Of a stretch of DNA of 64,000 bases, positions 28,652 through 38,930 are shown piece after piece. Below the pieces are notes generated by a model, which was not told the origin of the DNA, made no database searches, and saw nothing but the letters and a program-made list of their open reading frames with translations. The position numbers and the translations under genes are program-made. Positions within the stretch are counted from its first letter, which is position 1. Each line of letters starts with the position of its first letter. Source of the DNA: an uncultured Chloroflexia bacterium (GTDB taxonomy: Bacteria; Chloroflexota; Chloroflexia; Thermomicrobiales; UBA6265); NCBI GenBank assembly GCA_963724295.1, contig CAVRUC010000013.1:534039-598038 (forward strand), written 5' to 3'.

Positions 28652-29845
28652 ATGAGCGTCGTTCAATGCGGTTGTAATCAGTTTCGCTGGCGGCGGTTGG
28701 TCACACGTCGTCATCTCCTCAAGAGCGGCGCGGGTCTGGCCGCGCTCGGGCTGCACCTGCCCGCGTCACGCTTCGCGGCGCTGGCGCAAGAGGCGACGCC
28801 GGACGGAGCGCGCAATGGACTGGCGATGATTCAGGGCCAACATCCGTCCCCGGTCATCAATGGCTCGTACGTCAGCCCGCTGGTCGAGATCTACGGCGAG
28901 GTCGAGATCGGCCAGCGCTCCTTTATCGCCGGGAACACCCTGCTCTACGCCGCCGAAGGTGTTCGCATTCACCTGGGTCATGAGAACAATTGCCAGGACA
29001 ATGCATACCTGTTTGCGCGCGAGCAAAACCTCAGGTTCGGCGACATGGTCTCGATCGCCCATCAGGCGGTCATCGAGAACTCGATCGTCGGAGACTTCAC
29101 CTTCTTCGGTTTCCGCTCCCGCACCCGCAACTGCGAGATCGGCGAGGGCGCGATGGTCATGCACAACACGACGGTCGAGAACGTCGTCATCCCGCCGAAC
29201 CGGATTACTCCGCTCGGGGTCCGCATTACGACGCAGGCCGAGGCGGACGCCCTACCGGAGGTGACTGACGCCAACGACGAGTTCAAGCACGGGGTTCAGG
29301 AGGTCAACATCGCCTTTGTCGAGGGCTACACCGCCCTCTTCGAGCAGCTTGGCCGCGACGGAGTGGAAGGGATTGGTCCGAACCCCGTCACGGATTTCAA
29401 TCCGGTCTCGGTCTCCCCGCAGATCGGCGAGGGCGTCAGTCTCGCTGAGCTCGTCCGCATCACGGGGGACGTGCGGCTCGGGGAGGGAAGCACCGTCGGC
29501 CAGCGCTCCGCGATCCGCGCCGACGAAGGGACGCCGATCGTGATCGGGCGGCGCGCCCGCATCCGGAGCCGCGTCACGTTCCACGCTCTCGAGCACACCA
29601 GTGTCGAGGTCGGCGACAACGCCCAGATTGGAGACGGAAACGTCATCCATGGCCCTGTCAGCATCGGCGACAACTTTGTCGCCGAAGACGATTGCGTCGT
29701 CTTCCAGGCCACGGTGGAAAACAATGTGACGGTCCGCACTGGCGCCACGGTCGCCGGCGAGTTCGTCCTCCGCGAGGGCACGATCGTTCCTGAAGGTGCG
29801 GTCGTCACCAACCAGGACGAGGCTGACGCGCTGCCTATCCGCTGA
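28652..29845 (+). CDS. Tat-exported tandem gamma-class carbonic anhydrase-like protein (two Cam-like beta-helix domains)
   Basis: TRRHLLK Tat motif; hexapeptide repeats; Cam signatures NPVT..NP, RADEG, HALE, AHQ, HGP, QAEADALPEVTD, VN..EGY. Confidence 0.85.
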   Translation: MSVVQCGCNQFRWRRLVTRRHLLKSGAGLAALGLHLPASRFAALAQEATPDGARNGLAMIQGQHPSPVINGSYVSPLVEIYGEVEIGQRSFIAGNTLLYAAEGVRIHLGHENNCQDNAYLFAREQNLRFGDMVSIAHQAVIENSIVGDFTFFGFRSRTRNCEIGEGAMVMHNTTVENVVIPPNRITPLGVRITTQAEADALPEVTDANDEFKHGVQEVNIAFVEGYTALFEQLGRDGVEGIGPNPVTDFNPVSVSPQIGEGVSLAELVRITGDVRLGEGSTVGQRSAIRADEGTPIVIGRRARIRSRVTFHALEHTSVEVGDNAQIGDGNVIHGPVSIGDNFVAEDDCVVFQATVENNVTVRTGATVAGEFVLREGTIVPEGAVVTNQDEADALPIR

Positions 29846-29928
29846 TTGCCGACTCGCTCGAGAAGGCGCGGAGTCGAAATAGAGTAGTGTTTCACGGGCG
29901 GGGTAGTGGAGTTGAGCGTGGTGGGTCA

Positions 29929-31141
29929 ATGGCTGATTTCGATCTCGCGGTGATAGGCGGGGGCATCGTCGGGTTGTCGACGGCGATGCAGATGACGGAG
30001 CGGTTTCCGGGGATCTCCGTCGCGGTGCTGGAGAAGGAGCCCGCGCTGGCGCGCCATCAGACCGGGCGCAACAGCGGGGTCATCCACGCCGGTGTCTATT
30101 ACCAGCCGGGAAGTCTCAAGGCCCAGTTCTGTCGCGAGGGCGTGGAGGCGACGACGCGGTTCTGTCGCGAGCGGGGCATCGCCTACGAGCAGTGCGGCAA
30201 GCTGTTGGTGGCTACCGAGCCCGCGGAGCTTCCCCGCATGGAGGCGCTCTACGAACGCGCCCGCGCCAACGGCATCGACATCGAGCGCCTGGACAAGGCG
30301 GAGGTCGCCCGGCGCGAACCGCGTATTCGCGGGCTGGCTGGGCTCTTCGTCAAGACCACCGGCATCGTCGACTACGCCCAGGTCGCCAAGGCGATGGCCG
30401 GCGTCGTCGCCGAGCGCGGCGGCGCGATTCTCACCTCGAGCGAGGTGGCCCACGTCGAGGAGACACCTTCGGGCGTGACCCTCGACGTGGGAAGAGATCG
30501 CATCAAGGCCCGGCACGTCATCGCCGCGGCCGGTCTCCAGGCGGACCGGATCGCGCGGTTGTGCGGCGTCGACGTCGATTTCCGCATCGTGCCCTTCCGG
30601 GGCGAGTACTACCGGCTAGGGGCCGACAAGGACTCGCATCGTCAACCATCTGATCTACCCCATCCCCGACCCGGAGCTGCCCTTCCTCGGTGTGCACCTG
30701 ACCCGCATGATCGGCGGCTACGTCACGGTCGGGCCGAACGCGGTCCTCGCCTTCGCGCGGGAGGGCTACGGCTTCGGATCAGTCAGCCTGCGCGACCTGC
30801 GCGAGATGGCGACATTCTCCGGCTTCCGCCGGGTCATCCGGGACAACCTGAAGTCCGGGGCGCTGGAGATGGCCAACTCGCTGCTGAAGTCACGTTATCT
30901 GGCGCTCTGCCGTCGCTACTGCCCGGAGCTGGAGCTGTCAGACCTCTCGCCCTATCGCTCCGGTGTGCGCGCCCAGGCCGTGCTGGCGGACGGCACCATG
31001 GTCCACGATTTTCTGATCGGCGAGACGGACCGCACCATCCACGTCCTGAACGCTCCCTCGCCGGCGGCGACCTCCTCCATCCCCATCGGCCGCCACATCA
31101 CCCGGCTGGCGGAGCAGAAGTTCGCCTGGAAAGCGGCATGA
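29929..31141 (+). CDS. lhgO: L-2-hydroxyglutarate oxidase; frameshift near 30635
   Basis: GGGIVG, HQTGRNSGVIHAGVYY, PFRGEYY, IYPIPDP..PFLGVH, SGVRAQ, NAPSPAATSS. Confidence 0.88.
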
Positions 31142-31160
31142 CGCTGGAACGGCGTCTGAC

Positions 31161-31301
31161 GAGTCGGAGGTCGGAAGTCGGAAGTCGGAAGTCGGAAGAT
31201 CGGTCCGCCGGCTATCAGCTGTCAGCTATCAGCTATCGGTCTCTTCTCGTTCTAGCCGTCTAGCCGACTCACCGACTCACCGACTCACCGACTTACCGAC
31301 T
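31161..31301. repeat. Composite STRR-like element, same architecture as 22498-22648
   Basis: (GTCGGAA)n, GCTATCAGCT repeats, (CCGACTCA)n/CCGACTTA. Confidence 0.8.
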
Positions 31302-32598
31302 CTCGTCGCGTCCACGCCGCTGCCGCCTCGACCCGACTGACGTCGTACTCCACCCTCAGAGCCTTCTGGACTTCGACCAACAGGGCCGACGCCTGCTCCC
31401 GCAATGGCTCTTGTTGGGTAACGGAAACGCGCGCCGCGACCGCCCCCAACGTTGTCATCAGGTGCGTGGCGACGAGTGCGTCTCCCGCCCCATAGTGCCG
31501 GATCTGGGTGAACGCCACGTCAATCAACCGCGCAAAGGACGGACCTCGTAGCACGACACGCCCGCCGCTGGGACCTGCTAGCACTTCGGTTTCGTCGCGG
31601 CTGGCGGCGCGAACCAGGAGCTGACCGAGACGGTCGATGCACAACGTGGCCGTGGTCGGGTCGTTGACGGCCGGTGACAGGGCCCGCACCGCGATGTCGG
31701 CCAGCTGCCGAATCCCCAGCTCGACGTCTTGCTGGCGCGTTCGCTCAGGGCCGAGCACAAAGGCGGCGCGCAGCCGCTCCTCCAGGTCCGGCTCGACCAT
31801 CCCCTGAGGCCAGACGGTCGCCAGGGGTGCGCCGGACAGAAGAAAGCTCCCCACCGGAGCCTCGGTTCGCACCACCAGCCCTCGCATCCCGGCTGCCGCC
31901 AGTAAGGCCCCGGCGTCGATCGCCTCCAGGTAGCCGTCTCCGTGCGACGCGATGGTCTCCCCGGGCTCCGCTGGTAGCGCCGGCCCAGCCAACGCGGGAG
32001 CGTGGTCGTCATGAGCCTCGCCGGCGAGCGGTTCGGCGAGCAGATCCAGAGTGTCGTGAGTGACACGCTTGATGATGACGGCGACCTGCACGGAGCGGGC
32101 GACGTGGTTGATGGTGTAGATCATGAAGCCAATGCTGACCAGCGCCAGCACGATGGCGACGGCGACCGCGGTGACCGGCACGAATCCCGGGCCGCCTCCA
32201 TTCTCATCCGACGAACGCACGGCCCGCAGAACGATCAGCGCGTACGTGAAGGTGCCCAGGAAGACCCCGAGCACGACCTGCGTGCCGCGGTCTCCGGTGA
32301 GATTGCGCATCACCCGCGGTGTGAACTGAGCGGAGGCGATCTGCAAGACGACGATCGTCAGGGAGAAGACGACGCCGAGGACGGAGAGCGTCGTACCGGC
32401 GATGGCGAAGAGGACACCCCGAGCCCCATCCGCGCCTCCGACAGCCCAGGCGTCGCGGCCCTGGGTGTCGAGTCCGAGAGCTCGATCGGCGCGCAGCAGC
32501 ACCAGGGCCAGCGCGGCATACGCCAGGGCGATCACCGTCGGGGTGAACCAGAGGCTGTCGAGCAGGTCGCGCTGCAGGGCCCGCAGGCGTGCCGGCAC
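31285..32598 (-). CDS. DUF2254-family membrane protein
   Basis: SLWFTP, ASAQFTPR, DIAVRALSPAVNDPTTA. Confidence 0.85.
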   Translation of the reverse strand: MPARLRALQRDLLDSLWFTPTVIALAYAALALVLLRADRALGLDTQGRDAWAVGGADGARGVLFAIAGTTLSVLGVVFSLTIVVLQIASAQFTPRVMRNLTGDRGTQVVLGVFLGTFTYALIVLRAVRSSDENGGGPGFVPVTAVAVAIVLALVSIGFMIYTINHVARSVQVAVIIKRVTHDTLDLLAEPLAGEAHDDHAPALAGPALPAEPGETIASHGDGYLEAIDAGALLAAAGMRGLVVRTEAPVGSFLLSGAPLATVWPQGMVEPDLEERLRAAFVLGPERTRQQDVELGIRQLADIAVRALSPAVNDPTTATLCIDRLGQLLVRAASRDETEVLAGPSGGRVVLRGPSFARLIDVAFTQIRHYGAGDALVATHLMTTLGAVAARVSVTQQEPLREQASALLVEVQKALRVEYDVSRVEAAAAWTRRESVSR

Positions 32599-32873
32599 GT
32601 GGTGCTCCCTCTACGACGAGTCTGGCGGCGCCATGATCCGACGTTGCGAACCATGCCCCAACGCGGCCAGGTGCCGCAACGACCCGAGCGCGGCATCGGT
32701 CATGCGGTCCCCCGCCTCCGGCGCGAGCCGGCTCAAGTGCGACCTATCTTAGAGGGAACGTGGCGATTGACGCGGGAGCCTGGCACACAGAGATCTGTGA
32801 CCAATGTGGGTGGACCGCGCGTTTCTCGAACCCCGCTACCCGCCTACAGTGGGTGACGGACAGGGGAGGCGAT

Positions 32874-32972
32874 ATGAACACATTGCTATGCCGGGTGCTC
32901 GGTCATCGCAGAGCGCGCGTGGTCTTCTCAACCAACCGGTTCTACTGCGCTCGCTGCGGTCTCGACTTATAA
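32874..32972 (+). CDS. 32-aa CxxxGH...CxxC microprotein (DUF1660-like, putative Zn-binding)
   Basis: Strong RBS GGGAGG; MNTLLCRVLGH...FYCARCGLDL. Confidence 0.6.
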   Translation: MNTLLCRVLGHRRARVVFSTNRFYCARCGLDL

Positions 32973-32980
32973 CCGAGAGG

Positions 32981-33040
32981 GCGCTCGGTGGAGCGTGATC
33001 TCTGCAACGGAACCGGTCCACCACGCTCTCCGAGCGTGGT
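32981..33040. terminator. Inverted repeat between convergent genes (CGCTCGG.GGAGCGTG ... CACGCTC.CCGAGCG)
   Basis: Stem-loop potential; no clear U-tract. Confidence 0.35.
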
Positions 33041-33045
33041 GCGCT

Positions 33046-33882
33046 TTACTCCGCCCGGCGCCGTGAGAAGCGGCGAATCTGGCTGAGGATGGTCGGGATG
33101 AAGAGTGCGCCGACGATGACGAAGGTGATGAGCGTCGTCAGCGTCCCCAGAGCGTAGAGATCCGGCTCGATGATCTGCACGGTCAGCATTGCCCACAATT
33201 GCAGGGGCAACGTGTTCTGAGAGGTGGCGAGCACGCTCCGCTCGAACTCGTTGAGCGAGAGGGTGAAGCCGAAGAGCGCGGCGCTGAGAACGCCCGGCCA
33301 GATGATCGGGAAGACGACCTCGAAGAACGTGCGCAGCTCGCCGGCGCCGAGATCGCGCGCCGACTCCTCGATACCGGGATCGAACCGGTTGAGGACTGCC
33401 ACCATGACCAGGAACGCGAACGGCAGCGCCCAGACAACGTGCACGCCGAGCAGTGAGAGGTGACCCGGCTGCATATTCAGGAGCCGCCACCACAGGCTGA
33501 CCCCCAGACCGAGCAGGATCCCGGGTGTCATCAGTGCCAGCAGCACCGTCGGGAAGAGCAGTCTCGTGCCGGGCAGCCGCCGCCGGTAGGCGAAGGCGAT
33601 GACCAGGCTGAAAGCCGCCGCGATCAGGCCCGTCTCGACCGCGACGACGAGCGTGCGTACGATCGCCTCTCCCAGCTCCGATGCGCGCTCGCCGAAGAGC
33701 CGCTGCCACCAATGCAGACTCACGCCCTTCAGCGGGAATGTCATGCCGCCCTGCGGTCCCTGGAAGGAGAGCACCGCCATGATGATGATCGGTCCGTAGA
33801 GGAAAAGCAGGATCAGAGCGAAGTAGAGACCGAGACCGACGTTGAGCCACCTCCCGCCCTGGAGGCTCTTGGTCCGTCCCAT
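33046..33882 (-). CDS. ABC transporter permease (PotC-like)
   Basis: IEESARDLGA EAA loop; FTLSLNEF. Confidence 0.9.
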   Translation of the reverse strand: MGRTKSLQGGRWLNVGLGLYFALILLFLYGPIIIMAVLSFQGPQGGMTFPLKGVSLHWWQRLFGERASELGEAIVRTLVVAVETGLIAAAFSLVIAFAYRRRLPGTRLLFPTVLLALMTPGILLGLGVSLWWRLLNMQPGHLSLLGVHVVWALPFAFLVMVAVLNRFDPGIEESARDLGAGELRTFFEVVFPIIWPGVLSAALFGFTLSLNEFERSVLATSQNTLPLQLWAMLTVQIIEPDLYALGTLTTLITFVIVGALFIPTILSQIRRFSRRRAE

Positions 33883-34805
33883 CAGAGCCCCTCCGCGATC
33901 CGCCCATAGCGGAAGAGGACAGCGACCCCGGCCACCGTGACCAGGACCAGGATGCTGGCGGCCGCGGCGGCCTGCGGAAACTGGATGTAGGTGACGAAGT
34001 TCTGGATACCGAGACCGACCGAGCTGGTCTTACCGCCCCCGATCAAGCGCACGGTGGCGAACTCACCCATGCTCAGCACGAAGACGAAGACCGCGCCGAT
34101 CACGATCCCCGGTCGCGCCAGGGGCAGCAGAATCTCGGTCAGCATGGCCCACCAGCCGGCGCCGGAATCGCGAGCTGCCTCCAGGATCGCGGGCTCGATC
34201 GTGGAGAGCGAGAAGAAGATCGGCGAGACCATGAAAAGGAGATAGAGCTGGATCATCGCCACCCGCACGGCAAAGTCCGAGAAGAGCAGGAAGTCGAGCG
34301 GCTGCGCGGTGATCCCCAGGTTGAGCAGAGCGGAGTTGAGGAACCCTTCGCGACCCATCATCGGGATCCAGGCAATCGCCCGGATCAGGAAACTGGTGAA
34401 GAACGGAGCCAGCAAGATGATGAACAGCGCGAACTTCCGCCGCAAGTCGGGCACCACCAGCGCCAGGTAATACGCCACCCAGAACCCGAGCAGGAACGTC
34501 ACCACGGTGGTGATCACGGCGTTGAGGACCGTGTTGCCCAGGGTGCGGATGAAGACGTCCGAGTCCGCCAGGAGCCGGTAGTTGTCGAGCGTGAAGACGC
34601 GGTTGAAGCCGCTCAGCGTCGGCTCGAAAAAGCTGACGACGAGCACGACCACCACCGGGATGATCAGGAATGCCAGCAGCCAGGCGACAGGGAAGGCCAG
34701 CAGCAGCGCCCAGGCGCTACCCGCCGCCAGGCGTAGGCGGGAGGCTGCAGCCGGGGGCGCGGCGCGGGTATCCGCCGCGACGCTAGGCGAGGAGGAGCTG
34801 GACAT
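33882..34805 (-). CDS. ABC transporter permease (PotB-like)
   Basis: LEAARDSGA loop; PFFTSFLIR. Confidence 0.9.
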   Translation of the reverse strand: MSSSSSPSVAADTRAAPPAAASRLRLAAGSAWALLLAFPVAWLLAFLIIPVVVVLVVSFFEPTLSGFNRVFTLDNYRLLADSDVFIRTLGNTVLNAVITTVVTFLLGFWVAYYLALVVPDLRRKFALFIILLAPFFTSFLIRAIAWIPMMGREGFLNSALLNLGITAQPLDFLLFSDFAVRVAMIQLYLLFMVSPIFFSLSTIEPAILEAARDSGAGWWAMLTEILLPLARPGIVIGAVFVFVLSMGEFATVRLIGGGKTSSVGLGIQNFVTYIQFPQAAAAASILVLVTVAGVAVLFRYGRIAEGL

Positions 34806-35940
34806 CCTCAGGCTCCCACTCCAGGCGGACCGGCTCGCCTTCCACCAGACCCTCCCAGGCGCGGACGTTCTCGGCTCGCTTCGCCACGACCGTCCGCCCA
34901 TTGGCAAGGCGGCAGTGCAGCTTCACGATGTCACCCAGGTATTCCAGGAAAATGAGCGTGGCGAGGACCTGATTTGGTCGCTCCCCAGGCACGGCGCCAT
35001 CGCCGAGCGGCGGCTCGGCGGAGACGCTGCCGGCCCGTACCGACGCGTGGAGGTTCTGCCCGACGGCAATGCCGGCTCCGTCGTGGCGAGCCAGGAGCCT
35101 CAGGCCATCGCCTTCGATCCAGACCTGACCGTCGGCGATCGCGCTGACCTGACCCGGTACGACGTTGTTGTCCCCCATGAACCCGCTGGTGAAGAGGTTG
35201 GCCGGGTGCCGGTAGACATCCTGCGGTCTCCCCACCTGCTGGATCCGCCCGTCCTGCATCACCACGATCTGATCGGCGATGGCCAGCGCCTCCTCCTGGT
35301 TGTGGGTGACGTGGATGAAGGTGATCCGCAAGCGGCGCTGCAACGCGCGTAGCTCGACCCGCATCCGCAGCTGGAGCAGGCGGTCGAGGTCGCCCAGCGG
35401 CTCGTCGAGGAGCAGCACCGTTGGCTCGGTGACCAGGGCGCGGGCGAGCGCCACCCGCTGCTGCTGCCCGCCGGAGAGCTGGCGGGGTCGCCGCTCGGCC
35501 ATTGACCTGAGATCCAGAAAGTCGAGCGCTTCTTCCGCCCGCCGCCGCCGTGCCTCTCGCGGCAGACCCCGCATCTTGAGACCGAACTCCACGTTGTCCC
35601 GCACGGACTTGTGCGGAAAGAGCCCGTAGTGCTGGAAGACGGTCGAGATGTCGCGGCGGGCTGGCGGGACGTCGTTCGTGCGGATACCGTCCAGGAGGAA
35701 CTCACCCTCGTCGATCGTGGCATGGCCGCCGAGCATCCGCAGCAGCGTCGTCTTGCCGCAGCCGGAGGGACCGAGCAGCACGACGTAGCTGCCGCCAGGC
35801 ACAGTCAGGTCGACCTGATCGACCGCCGTGATGCCCTCGAACCGCTTGGTGACGCCGCGCAGGACGACCGTGCCCTTACCGCTCTCCGTGGCAACGGAAT
35901 CCGCGGCTGGGGTCTGTTCCCGCGTCACGACGGCCGCCAT
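34783..35940 (-). CDS. ABC transporter ATP-binding protein (PotA-like, TOBE domain)
   Basis: [25 protein letters not shown]. Confidence 0.93.
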   Translation of the reverse strand: MAAVVTREQTPAADSVATESGKGTVVLRGVTKRFEGITAVDQVDLTVPGGSYVVLLGPSGCGKTTLLRMLGGHATIDEGEFLLDGIRTNDVPPARRDISTVFQHYGLFPHKSVRDNVEFGLKMRGLPREARRRRAEEALDFLDLRSMAERRPRQLSGGQQQRVALARALVTEPTVLLLDEPLGDLDRLLQLRMRVELRALQRRLRITFIHVTHNQEEALAIADQIVVMQDGRIQQVGRPQDVYRHPANLFTSGFMGDNNVVPGQVSAIADGQVWIEGDGLRLLARHDGAGIAVGQNLHASVRAGSVSAEPPLGDGAVPGERPNQVLATLIFLEYLGDIVKLHCRLANGRTVVAKRAENVRAWEGLVEGEPVRLEWEPEDVQLLLA

Positions 35941-36003
35941 TGCTCGCCTCTCGATGGTTGAGCGCGGGCCGCGATCCGGCCCGCGCCTCGAAGGTACCGA
36001 TTA

Positions 36004-37368
36004 TCAGGACGCCAGGAACTCGTTCCACTTGCCGACGAGATACTGATGCTCGTCCATGATCGAGTTCCAGACCGCGATGTTGGACATCCGGGTCTCGTAG
36101 CTTCCGCCGTCGCGGACCTCGCCCTTCTTGGCCACAACGCCACCGTCCGGCGCCAGCATGTCCTCGGCCGCCGGCTGGCCACCGTACCAGTAGTCCCACT
36201 CGGCCTGGGAGAGATGCTCTTTGGCATTTTCAGGAATCGAGAAGTAGTAGCCCTGGCGCGCAACCAGCGCGCCGGCCCACCCATTCATCCACCAGTCGAT
36301 GTACTCGTAGATCGCGTCGAGCGTCGCGCCGGAGGCCTGGGCATTGATCATCATTCCGCCGTGCCAGCCGCGATAGCCTTCTTGCGGGCTGGCGTAGATG
36401 ACCGGGATGTCGTTGGTGCGCAGCGCCGTCACCGCCGGCGACCACATGCTCTCGACGACGACCTCGCCGCTGGCCATCAGGTTGACCGACTCGTCGAAGG
36501 AGTTCCAGAAGGCGCGGAACTGCCCGGCCTGCTTCTGCTCGATGAGCAGATCCATAATCGTGTCGATCTCCTCCCGGGTCATGTTGCCGATGTCGTCGAA
36601 GGTGGTGAGCCCGGCGGCCTGCGCTCCGAGGGCCAGGTCCATGAGACCGGTTGAGGGATCGTTGAGGAGGCCAACCTTTCCCTTGTAATCGGTGTCATAG
36701 AAGATCGCCCAGGACTTCGCATCCTCGCTGTCGACAACTTCGCTGTGATAGCCGAAAGCGTCGACATTGTGGGTCAGCGGCAGCATCGAGACCTGCTCGG
36801 TCGGGTCAGAGAGGAGCGAGCCGTCGGGCTGGACGTAGAGGAGCCGCACCGGGGCGTCGCCGGCGCCGACCTTGGCCTCCTCGTTGATCTTGCCGACCGT
36901 GGTCAGGGGCGAGACGTTCTCCCACTGCGGCAAGCGAGTGACGTCGACCGGCTGGCAGACCCCGGCGCCCCAGACGATCTTGACCGAGTTGAACCACTGG
37001 TCATAGATGTCCCAGGCCTGCGGCTGCGTGACGGCGATTTGTTGTGCCGTCAAGCCGTCCTTGACGTCGTATTGCAGGGTGATACCCAGATCTTGCTCTG
37101 CCTGCGCCTTGATCGGGTCGAGCAGGCTGACGCCGGTGCCGACCACGCGCAGCGTCGTTCCCTGCAGAAACGCCGGCGCCGGGAATGTCGACCGCTTCGT
37201 TCCAACGAGCGGACTGGCGCCGATCGCGCTCGTGCCGGCGTGGGCGCCAAGCGCCGCCGCGGCGAGAGCCGCCGAGCCCTTGAGCAACGATCGTCGCGTC
37301 ACCGCGGGCTGCTCTGGCTGCACGTTGGCGGGATGCGAGGACGTATCCGACGAACTCTTCCTGTTCAC
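36004..37368 (-). CDS. Tat-exported solute-binding protein (PotD/PotF-like)
   Basis: TRRSLLK; LMASGEVVVESMWSP; GYRGW. Confidence 0.85.
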   Translation of the reverse strand: MNRKSSSDTSSHPANVQPEQPAVTRRSLLKGSAALAAAALGAHAGTSAIGASPLVGTKRSTFPAPAFLQGTTLRVVGTGVSLLDPIKAQAEQDLGITLQYDVKDGLTAQQIAVTQPQAWDIYDQWFNSVKIVWGAGVCQPVDVTRLPQWENVSPLTTVGKINEEAKVGAGDAPVRLLYVQPDGSLLSDPTEQVSMLPLTHNVDAFGYHSEVVDSEDAKSWAIFYDTDYKGKVGLLNDPSTGLMDLALGAQAAGLTTFDDIGNMTREEIDTIMDLLIEQKQAGQFRAFWNSFDESVNLMASGEVVVESMWSPAVTALRTNDIPVIYASPQEGYRGWHGGMMINAQASGATLDAIYEYIDWWMNGWAGALVARQGYYFSIPENAKEHLSQAEWDYWYGGQPAAEDMLAPDGGVVAKKGEVRDGGSYETRMSNIAVWNSIMDEHQYLVGKWNEFLAS

Positions 37369-37504
37369 GACGTTCCTCCTTCTGGTGACTCCGCATCGTC
37401 AGCGCGGCTCCCTTGCCGCGCACTCCGACAGCTCCCGCGCAATACCCCCTTTGTCTCGTGCGCGCATCGGCGCGTCCCGGATCGACCATGCTTCGGTCTC
37501 GACA

Positions 37505-38540
37505 TCATACCGCCGCTGCCAGATCCTGGAATGCCTCGAGTGACGCCTCCACCTGAGCCAGATCCAGGTCACGCGCGATGAAGACGATCCGGCTGCGGCG
37601 GTCCGCGTCCGGCCACTCCCGCAGATGGCGCGGCACGTGGATGACGTGCTGCACGCCCTCCACCAGCAGCGGTCCTCGTCCCGCGCCGACGTTGAGCAGA
37701 CCTTTCAGCCGCAGGACGCGGTCGCCGTGCCGGTGGAGCACCATGGTCAACCAGATACCGAACATCTGCCAGTTGAGCGGGCGGTCGAAGATGAGACACC
37801 GGGACGCAACTCGACCGTTCATCCCGTGCACGGCCGCCGGCGCCATCGGGTCACCATTGTCGCGCGTACGAGACTCCGCCCAACCGGCCAAACCCTACGC
37901 CATCGCGTTGCGATTCCTCACCAAGCAATGGCGCGAAATCGATGCTGCCGAAGCTGGCATCGACGACGGTCGCGGTGGGATTGATCGATCGCAACTTCGC
38001 CTTCAGCTCCTCGGTCGCCTCTGGCGTGGCCAGGTCTCGCTTGGTCACGATCACGTGGTCGGCGGCTGCCACCTGCCGCAGTGCCTCGCCGTAGCTGTCG
38101 AGATTGCTTGCACCGGCGACGGCGTCGATCGTGGTCACTACCCGCTCCACCCGGAAATGGTTGCGGACCACCGGCTCGGCGACGATCGTGTGCAGGATCG
38201 GCGCCGGATCGGCAAGTCCGGTCGTTTCGATCACGACGCGGCCGAAACGGGGGATCGTGCCGCGCTCCCGCTGGCTCAGCAGATGGCGCAACGCCTCGGA
38301 CAGGTCGTCGCGCATCGAGCAGCAGACGCAGCCGTTGCGCAGCAGCGTCGTCCGCACATCCGTCTTCCGGACCAGATGGTGATCGATCCCCACCTCCCCG
38401 AACTCGTTGACGATGACGGCGATCTCGCCGGCTTCGGGAGCGAGCAGGAGGTTCCTCAGCAACGTCGTCTTGCCACTGCCGAGGAAGCCGGAGACGACCA
38501 GAATCGGGATCGGGCCGTGGTCGTTTGCGAGCGCCATCAA
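37505..38540 (-). CDS. CobW/COG0523 GTPase metallochaperone; frameshift near 37890
   Basis: GFLGSGKT, NEFGE, GCVCC, ETTG; C-terminal LRLKG...GVQH...SRIVFI. Confidence 0.88.
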
Positions 38541-38923
38541 CTGCTTTCCGGGACCCCCGATCCACTCCGCCTCGTACGGGCCCGCACGCGGTCGAGAAAT
38601 GCCGGCGCCAGCGGGTCGAGCGGCGCTCCCAGAATCTGCTCGGCCGCGGGTAAGAGGGCAGCGAGATCCGGCGCGATCGCGGTGTTCCCCTTGGCATCGC
38701 GCACGATGTAGCTACTCCCCTCCCAATCCTGGTAGTGCAGCCCGTAGCCAGCGAGGACGGCGCTGATCAGTTGGGCGCGGCTAGCCCGGTCGCGCAGCCG
38801 CTGACCGCGCCGGTCGACGTGGATCTCGAGCGCCACCGTGCCGTCTGGCGCTTCGGTCCGCTCGTCGGCCGCGACCTCAGCCCAATGCTGTTCCGTCCAG
38901 AGGGCTCCGCAGAGCACGCACAT
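38537..38923 (-). CDS. Small protein with N-terminal MCxxCG...HW motif, coupled to CobW
   Basis: MCVLCGAL...HW; stop overlaps the CobW start. Confidence 0.75.
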   Translation of the reverse strand: MCVLCGALWTEQHWAEVAADERTEAPDGTVALEIHVDRRGQRLRDRASRAQLISAVLAGYGLHYQDWEGSSYIVRDAKGNTAIAPDLAALLPAAEQILGAPLDPLAPAFLDRVRARTRRSGSGVPESS

Positions 38924-38930
38924 CAGGAAA

